64,000 nt of DNA, taken from assembly GCA_024103415.1 (NCBI GenBank), contig JAGFIR010000015.1, forward strand, positions 9,261 to 73,260, in the 5' to 3' direction. How positions within the stretch are numbered: the first letter of the stretch is position 1; each line of letters opens with the position of its first letter. This document shows, in pieces, positions 1 to 10,067 of the stretch. The notes below the pieces were generated by a model that had not been told where the DNA came from, made no database searches, and worked only from the letters and a program-made list of their open reading frames with translations. Origin of the DNA: Acidimicrobiales bacterium (lineage in GTDB: Bacteria; Actinomycetota; Acidimicrobiia; Spongiisociales; ZC4RG35). Made by a program: the position numbers and the translations under genes.

Positions 1-357
1 GTCTACGACTGGGACATGTGCACCCGGGGCGACCCCCTAACCGACCTGGGCACTCTCATGGGCACCTGGTTCGACCCGGGCGAGGCACCGCCCGAGCTGT
101 CGATGATGCCGACCACCGCCCCGGGCTGGCTGTCGCGCGCGGACGCCGTCGAGCGCTACGCGAGCCTCACGGGGGACGACGTCTCCGCGATCGACTGGTA
201 CCTGGTCTTCGGGGCCTGGAAGATGGGGGTGATCCTCGCCCAGATCCACATCCGGTGGCTCAGGGGCCAGACCAAGGACGATCGCTTCGCCACCCTGGGC
301 GAAGGCGCCCGGCATCTGTTCGAGCTGGCGGCAGCCCGCCGCGCCCCCGCCGCCTGA
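1..357 (+). CDS. Aminoglycoside/choline-kinase-like phosphotransferase (APH) family protein, 3' fragment; the 5' end lies outside the window
   Basis: The open frame runs from base 1 (VYDWDMCTRGDPLTDLG...) to the stop at 355-357. The C-terminal region is APH-like. The six-frame ORF at 16..357 is in the same frame. Confidence 0.5.
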   Translation, partial: VYDWDMCTRGDPLTDLGTLMGTWFDPGEAPPELSMMPTTAPGWLSRADAVERYASLTGDDVSAIDWYLVFGAWKMGVILAQIHIRWLRGQTKDDRFATLGEGARHLFELAAARRAPAA

Positions 358-405
358 GGCAACTACCTGCTCGCTCCGCTCGCGCCCCCTCGACCCTTCG
401 GGCCA

Positions 406-437
406 CTCCCCCGTTCCACTGCCGTTCCACGGGGGAG
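406..437. repeat. REP-like palindromic hairpin (CTCCCCCGT / 14-nt loop with GTTCCAC direct repeat / ACGGGGGAG) between convergent genes
   Basis: Perfect 9-bp inverted repeat at 406-414 and 429-437. The flanking GGGGGAGAAATCC arm is shared with the copies at 19097-19139 and 63268-63299. Confidence 0.6.
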
Positions 438-521
438 AAATCCTGATGCCGCGGGGCCAGACGGATGAGTCCCCCACGAAGTGGGGGAAGGTACCGCCGG
501 CCGCAGGCCGGGGGTAGGGGG

Positions 522-1085
522 CTAGTAGTCGATCCCGCGCTTGGCGCCGATCCCGGCGTCGAAGGCGTGTTTCACCTTGCGCATCTCGGTGACCGTGTCG
601 GCGATCGCCACGATCGCCTCCGGGGCGTCACGACCCGTGAGGATCAGGTTCACCTTCTCGGGTCGCCCACCGATGACGGCCACCACCTCGTCCAGCGGGA
701 TCCAGCCCCAGTTGATCGGATAGGTGACCTCGTCGAGCACCACGAGCTGGTACTCCCCCGACTCGATGACCTCCCGGGCGCGACGCCACGCCTCGGCCGC
801 GATGGCACGGCTCTCGTCCATGTTCTCCGAGTCCCAGGTGAACCCGTCGCCGAGCGCCCACCAGTCCACCCCGAGCTCACGGGCGACCTTCTCCTCGCCG
901 ACGCTCCATTCCCCCGACTTGAGGAACTGGACGACCGCCACCTTCCAGCCGCGGGCGATGGCGCGCATCACGGTCCCGAACGCCGCGGTCGACTTCCCCT
1001 TCCCGTCACCGGTGTTGACGAGGACGAGAGACGATGCGCGTTCGGTCGCCCTGGGCGGCGGTGTCGTGGGAGGATCGGCGGTCAT
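522..1085 (-). CDS. cobO: Cob(I)yrinic acid a,c-diamide adenosyltransferase (CobO/BtuR family)
   Basis: 187 aa. Contains NTGDGKGKSTAAFG P-loop-like motif and an EVTYP..GW..LDEVV core. The start overlaps the upstream ABC ATPase stop (ATGA at 1082-1085). Confidence 0.8.
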   Translation of the reverse strand: MTADPPTTPPPRATERASSLVLVNTGDGKGKSTAAFGTVMRAIARGWKVAVVQFLKSGEWSVGEEKVARELGVDWWALGDGFTWDSENMDESRAIAAEAWRRAREVIESGEYQLVVLDEVTYPINWGWIPLDEVVAVIGGRPEKVNLILTGRDAPEAIVAIADTVTEMRKVKHAFDAGIGAKRGIDY

Positions 1086-1834
1086 GACCCGATCCTACGG
1101 GGCAGCACGGCCGGCCCGTCCGGCCCCTCGACCACGCTGACTGCACCGCCGTAGTGCGGTTGCAGGACCGTCTCGGTGAGCACGCTCCCGACAGGCCCCT
1201 CCGCCACGACCTCGCCACCCGACACCAGCACCAGCCGGTCACAGAACCGGGCGGCCAGAGTGAGGTCGTGGATGGCGGTCACCACCGTCAACCCACCGTC
1301 CCGCCGCAGGTCCTCGACCACCTCGAGCACCTCCACGGCATGCCCCAGGTCGAGACTCGCCGTAGGCTCGTCGAGCAGGAGGACGGGCGCCTCCTGGGCG
1401 ACGGCCCGGGCGAGGACCGCCCGCTGTGCCTCTCCCCCGGACAACGTGGACAGGGTCCTCCCGGCCAGGTCGGTGAGCGCCAACCTCTCCAGGGCGTCCG
1501 CGACCACCGCCCGGTCCCTCGGCCCCTCGCTGCTCAGATACCCGATGTGGGGAGACCGCCCGAGCATCACGTACTCCGAGACGGTCATGTTCTCCGGCAT
1601 GGCCGGGCGTTGTGACATCCAGGCGATGTCCAGCCCGGGTCGGCGGTTCCCGTTCCGCACCTTCACGGTCCCCCGATGCTCCACGAGGCCGACGGCCGAC
1701 TTGAGCATCGTGGACTTGCCTGCGCCGTTGGGGCCGATCAGCCCGAGCCACTCCCCGTCTCCGGCCTCGACGGTCACCGGGCCCAGCACCCGGCGGCCGT
1801 TGTAAGCGACCTCGACCTGCTCCCACCGGATCAC
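1082..1834 (-). CDS. ABC transporter ATP-binding protein, iron-siderophore/cobalamin type (BtuD/FecE-like)
   Basis: 250 aa. Walker A GPNGAGKST, signature LSGGEAQR, Walker B LLLDEP. ATGA overlap with the permease stop. Confidence 0.85.
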   Translation of the reverse strand: MIRWEQVEVAYNGRRVLGPVTVEAGDGEWLGLIGPNGAGKSTMLKSAVGLVEHRGTVKVRNGNRRPGLDIAWMSQRPAMPENMTVSEYVMLGRSPHIGYLSSEGPRDRAVVADALERLALTDLAGRTLSTLSGGEAQRAVLARAVAQEAPVLLLDEPTASLDLGHAVEVLEVVEDLRRDGGLTVVTAIHDLTLAARFCDRLVLVSGGEVVAEGPVGSVLTETVLQPHYGGAVSVVEGPDGPAVLPRRIGS

Positions 1835-2859
1835 GTCGTCCTCCCCATGGTCCGGAGCACCAGGACGAAGAAGGGGGCGCCGAGGAACGCCGTCACCACC
1901 CCGATCGGGAGTTCGGCGGGTGACATCAGGGTGCGCGCCATCAGATCGGCGACCACCAGGAACCCGGCCCCGAACAGGGCGGACAGCGGGACGATCACCC
2001 GGTAGCTCCAGCCGAAGACGAGGCGCACGGTGTGGGGGACGATGATCCCGACGAAGCCGATGAGGCCGCTGACCGAGACCGCGGCTGCGGTCGCCAGCGT
2101 CGCGGCGAGGACCACCAACAGCCTCACACGGTCGACCCGAACGCCCAGCGACGCCGCCTCCTCATCACCGAGCCGCAACACGTCGAGCAGGCGGCCCGAG
2201 CCGATGACGACGGCGCCCGCCACGACGGCGTACGGGATCAGCGTCAGCACCTCGGTCCACCCGACGGTGGTGAGCCGGCCGAGAAGCCAGGAGTAGACCT
2301 CTTTGAGGACCTCGAAGCGACGCTGCAAGAGGAACGTCTGGACCGCGGTGGCGAAGGCCGCCACCGCCACACCCGCCAGGATCAACGAGGTGGTGGTCCG
2401 ACCACCCACCGACCTTCCGAGGAGATAGGTCGCCCCCACCGCCACGAGGCCGCCGACAAAGGCCAGAGGAGCCACCCAGACGTGATCGAGCCGGGCCGCG
2501 AAGGCGAAGGTCGCCCCAAGCCCGGCCCCGGCGGCCACGCCGAGGAGATACGGGTCCGCCAGCGGGTTGCGGAAGATCCCCTGATAGGCCGACCCGGCGA
2601 GGGCGAGGGTTGCCCCCACCAGGGCACCGAGCAGGACCCTGGGGAACCTGATCTCGAAGAGGATCGTGTGGCCCGTGCCGTCGAGCCCTCCTCCGGTGTC
2701 GACCCCCGGCAGGAGGTCGACCAGGCTGGCGAGGACCTTTCCCGGATCGAGACCGGCGGGGCCGAGCGTGAGACCCACCAGCATCGCCACGAAGAGCGTG
2801 ACCGCACCGATGACGAGCGGCCCGCGACGGCGAACGGGGGCAACCGGGGCTTCGCTCAA
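1831..2859 (-). CDS. FecCD-family ABC permease (BtuC-like)
   Basis: Polytopic hydrophobic protein of FecCD/BtuC type. Proposed TTG start at 2859 overlaps the SBP stop (TTGA). The track ORF extends to 3000, but that N-terminus is Arg/Pro-rich shadow sequence. Confidence 0.75.
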   Translation of the reverse strand: MSEAPVAPVRRRGPLVIGAVTLFVAMLVGLTLGPAGLDPGKVLASLVDLLPGVDTGGGLDGTGHTILFEIRFPRVLLGALVGATLALAGSAYQGIFRNPLADPYLLGVAAGAGLGATFAFAARLDHVWVAPLAFVGGLVAVGATYLLGRSVGGRTTTSLILAGVAVAAFATAVQTFLLQRRFEVLKEVYSWLLGRLTTVGWTEVLTLIPYAVVAGAVVIGSGRLLDVLRLGDEEAASLGVRVDRVRLLVVLAATLATAAAVSVSGLIGFVGIIVPHTVRLVFGWSYRVIVPLSALFGAGFLVVADLMARTLMSPAELPIGVVTAFLGAPFFVLVLRTMGRTT

Positions 2860-3824
2860 CCCGTCGGCTCCGTCTCCAGGGCGCGGACTGCGTCGCCGAC
2901 GGCGCGAGCGAAGTCGACAACCCGCGGCCCCCATCGCGAGGCGATGTCGGCATCGATGGGGAACACCCGGCCCTCCTGGAGCGCCGACAGCGCGTTCCAA
3001 CCGGGTCTGGCGGCCAGCGTCTCGATCGTCACCCCGTAGGTGCTGTCGGCGAGGAAGATGAGATCCGGATCCCTGGAGACGATGTACTCGCTAGCCAGCA
3101 TCGGGTATCCGAAACCGTCGGGGTCGGCATCGTCGGCGATGGAGACCAGGCCGAACAGCCCGTAGACCTGGCCGAAGAAGGTGTCCGAGGTGAACGTGTA
3201 GAGGTTGTCGTCGATCTCGTGGAAGTAGGTGAGCCCCTCGGCACGATCCCCCACCTCGGCGACGATCGCCTGCAGGTCCGACTTGATCCCGGCGACCACG
3301 GCTGCGGCCTCGGCGGCGTGGCCGGTGGCGGCACCCAGGACCTCGATCTGGCCGTACGTCCCGTCGATCTCGTTGGCCGCCAGCTGCAACAGCACGGGCA
3401 CGCCGACCGCCTCGAGCCCGGCAACCAGGTCACCCGGGTCGTACGACACGACGACCAGGTCGGGCGAGTAGGAGATGATCGCCTCGATGTTGGGCGTGAA
3501 GCCGGAGAGGTCCGTCATCGGGGCCTCCGCCGGGTAGTTGGACTGGTCGTCGACCGCCACCACCTGATCCCCGGCGCCGATGGCGAACAGGATCTCCGTG
3601 GCGACGGACGAGAGGGAGACGATCCTCTCCGGCCTCTCTTCGATGGTGACCTCACCGTTGTCCCCGGCGACCGTCACGGGGAAGGCGTCATCCGCGGTGA
3701 TGGTGGTGGTGACCTCGACGGTCGTCGGGGCGGTGTTCGGGGTGGTCGTGCTGGTGGTCGGGTTCCCAGCGGTGGCGCATCCCGCCACCAGGAGCAGCGC
3801 CCCGATGAGGGCCTTCTTGCGCAT
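2856..3824 (-). CDS. Periplasmic binding lipoprotein of cobalamin/iron-siderophore ABC transporter (BtuF-like)
   Basis: Start MRKKALIGALLLVAGC with lipobox LVAGC, a Thr-rich linker, and a class III substrate-binding-protein-like body. An SD is present and sequestered in a hairpin. The B12 riboswitch lies immediately upstream. Confidence 0.75.
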   Translation of the reverse strand: MRKKALIGALLLVAGCATAGNPTTSTTTPNTAPTTVEVTTTITADDAFPVTVAGDNGEVTIEERPERIVSLSSVATEILFAIGAGDQVVAVDDQSNYPAEAPMTDLSGFTPNIEAIISYSPDLVVVSYDPGDLVAGLEAVGVPVLLQLAANEIDGTYGQIEVLGAATGHAAEAAAVVAGIKSDLQAIVAEVGDRAEGLTYFHEIDDNLYTFTSDTFFGQVYGLFGLVSIADDADPDGFGYPMLASEYIVSRDPDLIFLADSTYGVTIETLAARPGWNALSALQEGRVFPIDADIASRWGPRVVDFARAVGDAVRALETEPTG

Positions 3825-3828
3825 GGCA

Positions 3829-3849
3829 CATCCTCCTGTCCGGAGGATG
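3829..3849 (-). promoter_or_regulatory. Shine-Dalgarno-sequestering hairpin of the B12 riboswitch expression platform (CATCCTCC-GGACA-GGAGGATG)
   Basis: 8-bp perfect stem whose 3' arm contains GGAGGA, 5 nt before the ATG at 3824. The 5' arm overlaps TCTTCATCC, which can alternatively pair with GGATGAAGA about 30 nt upstream. The two structures are mutually exclusive. Confidence 0.6.
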
Positions 3850-3904
3850 AAGAGGTCTGTGGGGCGGGCCCACGGTTCCGTCTTCATCCGAGACTTCCAC
3901 GTGG

Positions 3905-4050
3905 CCCTGGGGTCAGGCGACCTGGCTCGTCCCCTCGCGGGGCTTCACAGTTGCGGGACAGCTCCGGATTCGCACCGGATTCGCTGGCCACAGGGCACCC
4001 GCCGCTCTCGGCGGGTCAGGCCACTGTAGCCGACGGCGCGGGTCGGCCGG
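3905..4050 (-). ncRNA. Cobalamin (adenosylcobalamin) riboswitch aptamer
   Basis: Minus-strand sequence ...GCGAATCCGGTGCGAATCCGGAGCTGTCCCGCAACTGTGAAG... closely matches the conserved core of E. coli btuB (GGGAATCCAGTGCGAATCTGGAGCTGACGCGCAGCGGTAAGG). A B12-box-like GAGCCAGGTCGCCTGACC follows. It sits in the 5' UTR of the btuF-btuC-btuD-cobO operon. Confidence 0.75.
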
Positions 4051-4071
4051 TCCGGGGGACCGGGCCGGCTC

Positions 4072-5136
4072 CTAGGAGGGCTCTTCGCTCCGGACGCCGA
4101 GGGTGACCTCGACCTCGAATTCGTCACCGTCACGGAGGACGAGCAGGGTCACCGCGGACCCCGGCCGATGCGCCCGGACCTGGGCCTGGAGGTCGCCCCG
4201 GGTGAACACCGGGACCTCTTCGACGGCGACGATCACGTCACCCACCCGGAGGCCGGCGTCCTCGGCGGCCGTGCCCGGCATGACCTCGATGATTCGGGCG
4301 CCGGCACGATCGTCGGTGGCGTTCTCGATGGTCACGCCCAGGAAGGGAGTGTCGATCGGCTCACCGGCGATGATGGCGTCGGCGTACTCGACGGCGATGG
4401 CGGCCGGGACGGCGAACCCCACGCCGTCGTTGGCGCCGGACAGCGTGAAGATCGAGACGTTGATCCCGATGACTTCACCGTCCCGATTGATCAGCGCACC
4501 TCCGGAGTTCCCGGGGTTGATGGCGGCGTCGGTCTGCACCATCGCCACACAGGCCTGGCCGGTGGACCCGCAGTTGGTCTGGTCGACTGCGGAGACGATG
4601 CCCTGGGTGACCGTGGAGGCCAGACCCCAGGGGCTGCCGACGGCGATCGCCATCTGTCCGACACGGGGCTTGGAGGTGTCGAACTTCGCCGGCGGGAGAC
4701 CGGAGGGCTCGGCCTGGATGACGGCGATGTCGACCTCGGGGGCCTTGCCCAGGACCTGGCCCGTCACCAGACGACCGTTGCTGAAACGAATCTCGACCTG
4801 CTGGTGGTCGCCAACGACGTGCGCGGCGGTGATGATCCGGCCCTGATCGTCATAGATCACACCTGACCCGACGCCGGACGGTGTCTGGATGTAGACGACC
4901 GACGGGAGGATCACCTCCGCAGCGTCGGCCACGGGCTCCTCGCCGGTCGGTGCGGTGACCTGGACTTCAGGGGCCGTGGTCGTCGTGGTCCCGGGCGTCT
5001 CGGGGGTGGCCTCGGGTGCGCCGGTGTCCGGCGGGTAGAGGAAGATGATCAGGGCCACGACGGCTGCGAGCCCGACGAGGTACGCCAGGACCCCCAGCGG
5101 GCCGCTCACCCACGAGGATCGTCGGGATTCGTTCAT
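4072..5136 (-). CDS. HtrA/DegP-family trypsin-like serine protease with C-terminal PDZ domain, membrane-anchored
   Basis: 354 aa. N-terminal transmembrane helix; catalytic motifs TAAHVV..., D..., GNSGGAL; PDZ-like tail. Confidence 0.85.
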   Translation of the reverse strand: MNESRRSSWVSGPLGVLAYLVGLAAVVALIIFLYPPDTGAPEATPETPGTTTTTAPEVQVTAPTGEEPVADAAEVILPSVVYIQTPSGVGSGVIYDDQGRIITAAHVVGDHQQVEIRFSNGRLVTGQVLGKAPEVDIAVIQAEPSGLPPAKFDTSKPRVGQMAIAVGSPWGLASTVTQGIVSAVDQTNCGSTGQACVAMVQTDAAINPGNSGGALINRDGEVIGINVSIFTLSGANDGVGFAVPAAIAVEYADAIIAGEPIDTPFLGVTIENATDDRAGARIIEVMPGTAAEDAGLRVGDVIVAVEEVPVFTRGDLQAQVRAHRPGSAVTLLVLRDGDEFEVEVTLGVRSEEPS

Positions 5137-5174
5137 CGCCTCATCGACGATATTTCGAATCCCGTCTTATGTGC

Positions 5175-6407
<1,233 letters not shown>

Positions 6408-6468
6408 TTCACCTCCTCGCGTCCAGCACCCGGAACCTAGCGGAATCGACTCGCCCGCGACGGACGGC

Positions 6469-8076
6469 TCACCCGTGGGCGACGATCACGCCTTCCACGG
6501 GGCCGAGCGAGACCTTGCCGCCGCTGACGGCCTCCCCCTCGCGATCGACGCGATGGGTCGAGAACACGACGGTGCCGTCCTCCACCTCGGCGTCGCAAAC
6601 GACGTCGCCGAAGTTGAGGATGACGGTCATCTCGTCCTCGCCCCGGGTGTAGACGAGCAGGTGATCGGGGACCTCGTACGGGCTGGCGAAGTCGCGACTC
6701 CGCAGAGCGTCGGACTTCTTCCGCAGCGTCAGCAGCCTGCGATACATGTTGAGGATCGAGTCCGGGTCGGCGAGTTGGGTCTCCACGTTGACCACCTGGT
6801 AGTCAGGCCCGAGGGGCAGCCAGGGCGACACACCCGGCGACGTGAACCCGGCGTTCGGCCCTGGTGTCCATTGCATCGGTGTCCGGCACCCGTCACGGCT
6901 CAGATAGGAGACGTTCTGACCCCAGGGGTCGCGGGCGTGGGTGTCGGGGATGACGGTCTCCTCCATCCCGAGCTCGTCCCCGTAGTAGAGGAACGGCGTG
7001 CCCGGCAGGGTGAGGAGCAAGAGCGCCGCAATCCGCTCGTGACCGTCGGGGAGCCGCGTGGCCAGCCGGATCTCGTCGTGGTTGCCCAAGGTCCAGTTGG
7101 TCCACGCCCCCTCGGGCAGGTGCCAGAGGACGGCCTCGATCCGGGCCCGCAGACTCGCCGGGTCCCAGTCGGCGGCCATGAGGTGGAAGTTGAACGGCAT
7201 GTGCAGCTCATCGAGCTCCCCGTAGTACGAGGCCCACTCCGCCAGGTCGAAGATGTGGACCTCGCCGATGCTCATGGTCTCGCCGTAGGAGTCGAGCACC
7301 TCCCGGATCTGACGGTGGACATCGTGAACGTCGGGGTGCCCGTAGTCGTAGAGGTGGACGAAGTCGTCATAGGGGCCCATGTCCTTCCACGGCCGCACGT
7401 AGTCGGGCGGGACGGGCGGGTTGTCCCGCATCTCGGGGTCCTTCATCATCTGATGAGCCGCGTCCACGCGGAAGCCGTCGACGCCGAGGTCGAGCCAGAA
7501 GCGCATCACGTCGAGCATCGCCTCCACCACCTCGGGGTTGCGCCAGTTGAGGTCGGGCTGGCTGGGCAGATAGGTGTGGCGGTACCACTGCCCGGTGTGC
7601 TCGTCGAACGTCCACTGCGGGCCACTGAAGACGCTGACCCAGTTGTTGGGCGGGCCACCGTCACGTCCGTCGGCCCACACGTACCAGTCGCGCTTGGGGT
7701 TGTCCCGGCTGGAGCGGGACTCGACGAACCACGGATGCTCGTCCGAAGTGTGATTCATCACGTAGTCGATGATCACCCTGATGCCGGAGGCGTGCGCCTT
7801 CTCGATCACCTCGCGGGCGTCATCGAGGGTGCCGTACACCGGGCCGACGTCGGTGTGATCCGACACGTCGTATCCCCAGTCCCGCATCGGGCTCCGGTAG
7901 AACGGTGACAGCCAGATGGCGTCGATGCCGAGCGTGTCGGCCAGGTACGGGATGCGGGAGATGACGCCCCGGAGGTCACCGAAGCCGTCGTCGTTGCTGT
8001 CCTGATAGCTGAGTGGATACACCTGGTAGAAGACCGCGTCCTGCCACCAGGTTCGTCCCCGATTCGTCTCGGCCAT
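6469..8076 (-). CDS. GH13 alpha-glucosidase / oligo-1,6-glucosidase-like
   Basis: Starts MAETNRGRTWWQDAVFYQVYPLSYQDSNDDGFGDLRGV...GIDAIWLSPFYRSPMRDWGYDVSDH. Canonical GH13_31-type N-terminus with catalytic regions GFRVDAA and EVH. Confidence 0.85.
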   Translation of the reverse strand: MAETNRGRTWWQDAVFYQVYPLSYQDSNDDGFGDLRGVISRIPYLADTLGIDAIWLSPFYRSPMRDWGYDVSDHTDVGPVYGTLDDAREVIEKAHASGIRVIIDYVMNHTSDEHPWFVESRSSRDNPKRDWYVWADGRDGGPPNNWVSVFSGPQWTFDEHTGQWYRHTYLPSQPDLNWRNPEVVEAMLDVMRFWLDLGVDGFRVDAAHQMMKDPEMRDNPPVPPDYVRPWKDMGPYDDFVHLYDYGHPDVHDVHRQIREVLDSYGETMSIGEVHIFDLAEWASYYGELDELHMPFNFHLMAADWDPASLRARIEAVLWHLPEGAWTNWTLGNHDEIRLATRLPDGHERIAALLLLTLPGTPFLYYGDELGMEETVIPDTHARDPWGQNVSYLSRDGCRTPMQWTPGPNAGFTSPGVSPWLPLGPDYQVVNVETQLADPDSILNMYRRLLTLRKKSDALRSRDFASPYEVPDHLLVYTRGEDEMTVILNFGDVVCDAEVEDGTVVFSTHRVDREGEAVSGGKVSLGPVEGVIVAHG

Positions 8077-8141
8077 TTTCGGCGGTTCAGCGTAGGGTCG
8101 CTCGCGTCTCAAACCGGTGTCACTTGTGTGACCATTCGGGT

Positions 8142-10067
8142 GTGATCCTCAAGTCCAGGCGTCTCTTCTATGTCCCGGCATGGCACCCGGACCCTGTCAA
8201 CGCCGTGGCCGCCGGCCTGTGGTTCCGCGACACGCGGTTCCTCGACGGGGTGCGGGTGGATGTCGCGGGAGCGACACCCGAGGCCGAGATGCTCGCCGTG
8301 GAGCGGGATCGAACCGTGACCCGGCATGGCCCGGCGACGATCACGCTCACCCTGGGCGACACGATGAGCATCGAGCTCACCGTCGAGAGTGGACCGGCCC
8401 GGATCCTCCTCTCGGCGGACTTCAAGGACATCTTCGAGCTCAGGGGCTGGGTGGCGCGCGGCCGTGGTCAGGTCCTGCGGCCGGAGGTGGGTGACGGGAT
8501 CCGCCTCGGCTACCGGGCGAGGGACGGTCACCGGCTCAGCACGAGTATCACGCACACCGGGGAGCTCGAGATCGTCCCGACGGCCGAAGGGGTCTCGCTG
8601 CTCGCCCCGGGGCCGGGCACCTACCGGATCGAGGTCACTCCGGGAGCCCTGCCCGCCGTTGGCCCGCCGCGACCCGTTTCCGCCCGCATCAGCACGGACA
8701 ACCCGACCCTCGACCGACTCATGCGGCAGGGAGTCGACGACCTCCTGTCGTTGGAGACGGAGTTCCCGGACGGTGTCATGCCCGCCGCCGGGCTCCCCTG
8801 GTACATGGCGCCATTCGGCCGCGACGCACTGATCGTCTCCTGGCAGACGCTTCATCTCGACCCGTGGCGGGCCGCCGCTTGTCTCCGGACGCTGGCGTCG
8901 CTCCAGGGCCGGAAGGTCGATCCGGCGACGGGTGAGGAGCCGGGGAAGATCATCCACGAGGCCCGGTACGGGGAGCTGGCACGGCTGGGTGAGATCCCAC
9001 ACCGGCCCTACTACGGGTCGGTGGACTCGACTCCCCTCTTCCTGATGGTGGCCGCGGACACGATCGCCTGGGGTGCCGAGCCCGGGCTCGCCAGGGAGTT
9101 GGCTCCGGCCATCGACGCCGCAGTCGAGTGGGTCACCGGCTGGGGCGACCCCGACGGTGACGGGCTCATCGAGTACCCGCTCCGGGATCTCTCCCAGGTG
9201 CCTCCTCTGGTCGCCCGGCACCAGTCCTGGAAGGACAGCACCGACAGCCTCCACTACCCGGATGGAACGGAGCCGGAAGGGCCCATCGCCCCGGTGGAGG
9301 TCCAGGGCTATGCCCATCGAGCGCTGCGTACCTTCGCCGCCATCGCCCGCGCCGACGGCGAGATCGACCGGGCCGGCGACCTCGAAGCGAAAGCGGAGGC
9401 TCTCGCGGGACGGATCAATGGGGCCTATTGGCTCGGTGACTGGTACGCCCAGGCACTCGACGGTGCCAGGCGGCCCGTGGATGCGATCTCGTCGAACGGA
9501 GCCCAATTGCTCTTCTCCGGCGCGGTGCCACCGGATCGGGCAGAGTCGATGGTGGAGCGGATGCTCCGGCCCGATCTGTGGTCGGGTTGGGGGGTGCGGA
9601 CCCTGGGCACCGGGATGGCCGACTACGACCCCCTCAGTTACCACAACGGTTCGGTGTGGCCCCATGACAACGGGATCATCGCCGACGGCTGCTATCTCAC
9701 CGGTCACCCCGAAGCCGGAGAAGAGATCTTCGAGGCGATGCTGGGCCTGGCCGCCTCCCACCCCGATGGGTCGCCGGCCGAGTTGTACTCCGGTGAGGCG
9801 GGCGACGCGCCTCCCTCCCCGGTGCCCGGATCGTGCCGCCCGCAGGCGTGGGCGGCCGGCACCCTCCCCCAGATCCTCCGGTCGTCTCTGGGCCTGCGGG
9901 TGGCCGGTGACACCCTGGTTCTCTCCCCGGCACTCCCCTCATTCATCGACCGCGTGATCGTCGAAGGAGTGACCGCCCTCGGCACCACGGGTGACCTCCG
10001 TGTGGAACGCGACGGCAGCGGCTACCGGGTCGAGTCCGAAGGCCTTCCGGTGCGCGTCAGCCCTTGA
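8142..10067 (+). CDS. Amylo-alpha-1,6-glucosidase family protein (GDE_N + GDE_C; glycogen-debranching-like)
   Basis: About 640 aa. Contains GDPDGDGLIEYP, WKDS, GWGVRTL, YHNGSVWPHDNG motifs of the GDE_C fold. GTG start chosen at 8142; the in-frame upstream stretch back to 8013 is low-complexity. Confidence 0.65.
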   Translation: MILKSRRLFYVPAWHPDPVNAVAAGLWFRDTRFLDGVRVDVAGATPEAEMLAVERDRTVTRHGPATITLTLGDTMSIELTVESGPARILLSADFKDIFELRGWVARGRGQVLRPEVGDGIRLGYRARDGHRLSTSITHTGELEIVPTAEGVSLLAPGPGTYRIEVTPGALPAVGPPRPVSARISTDNPTLDRLMRQGVDDLLSLETEFPDGVMPAAGLPWYMAPFGRDALIVSWQTLHLDPWRAAACLRTLASLQGRKVDPATGEEPGKIIHEARYGELARLGEIPHRPYYGSVDSTPLFLMVAADTIAWGAEPGLARELAPAIDAAVEWVTGWGDPDGDGLIEYPLRDLSQVPPLVARHQSWKDSTDSLHYPDGTEPEGPIAPVEVQGYAHRALRTFAAIARADGEIDRAGDLEAKAEALAGRINGAYWLGDWYAQALDGARRPVDAISSNGAQLLFSGAVPPDRAESMVERMLRPDLWSGWGVRTLGTGMADYDPLSYHNGSVWPHDNGIIADGCYLTGHPEAGEEIFEAMLGLAASHPDGSPAELYSGEAGDAPPSPVPGSCRPQAWAAGTLPQILRSSLGLRVAGDTLVLSPALPSFIDRVIVEGVTALGTTGDLRVERDGSGYRVESEGLPVRVSP

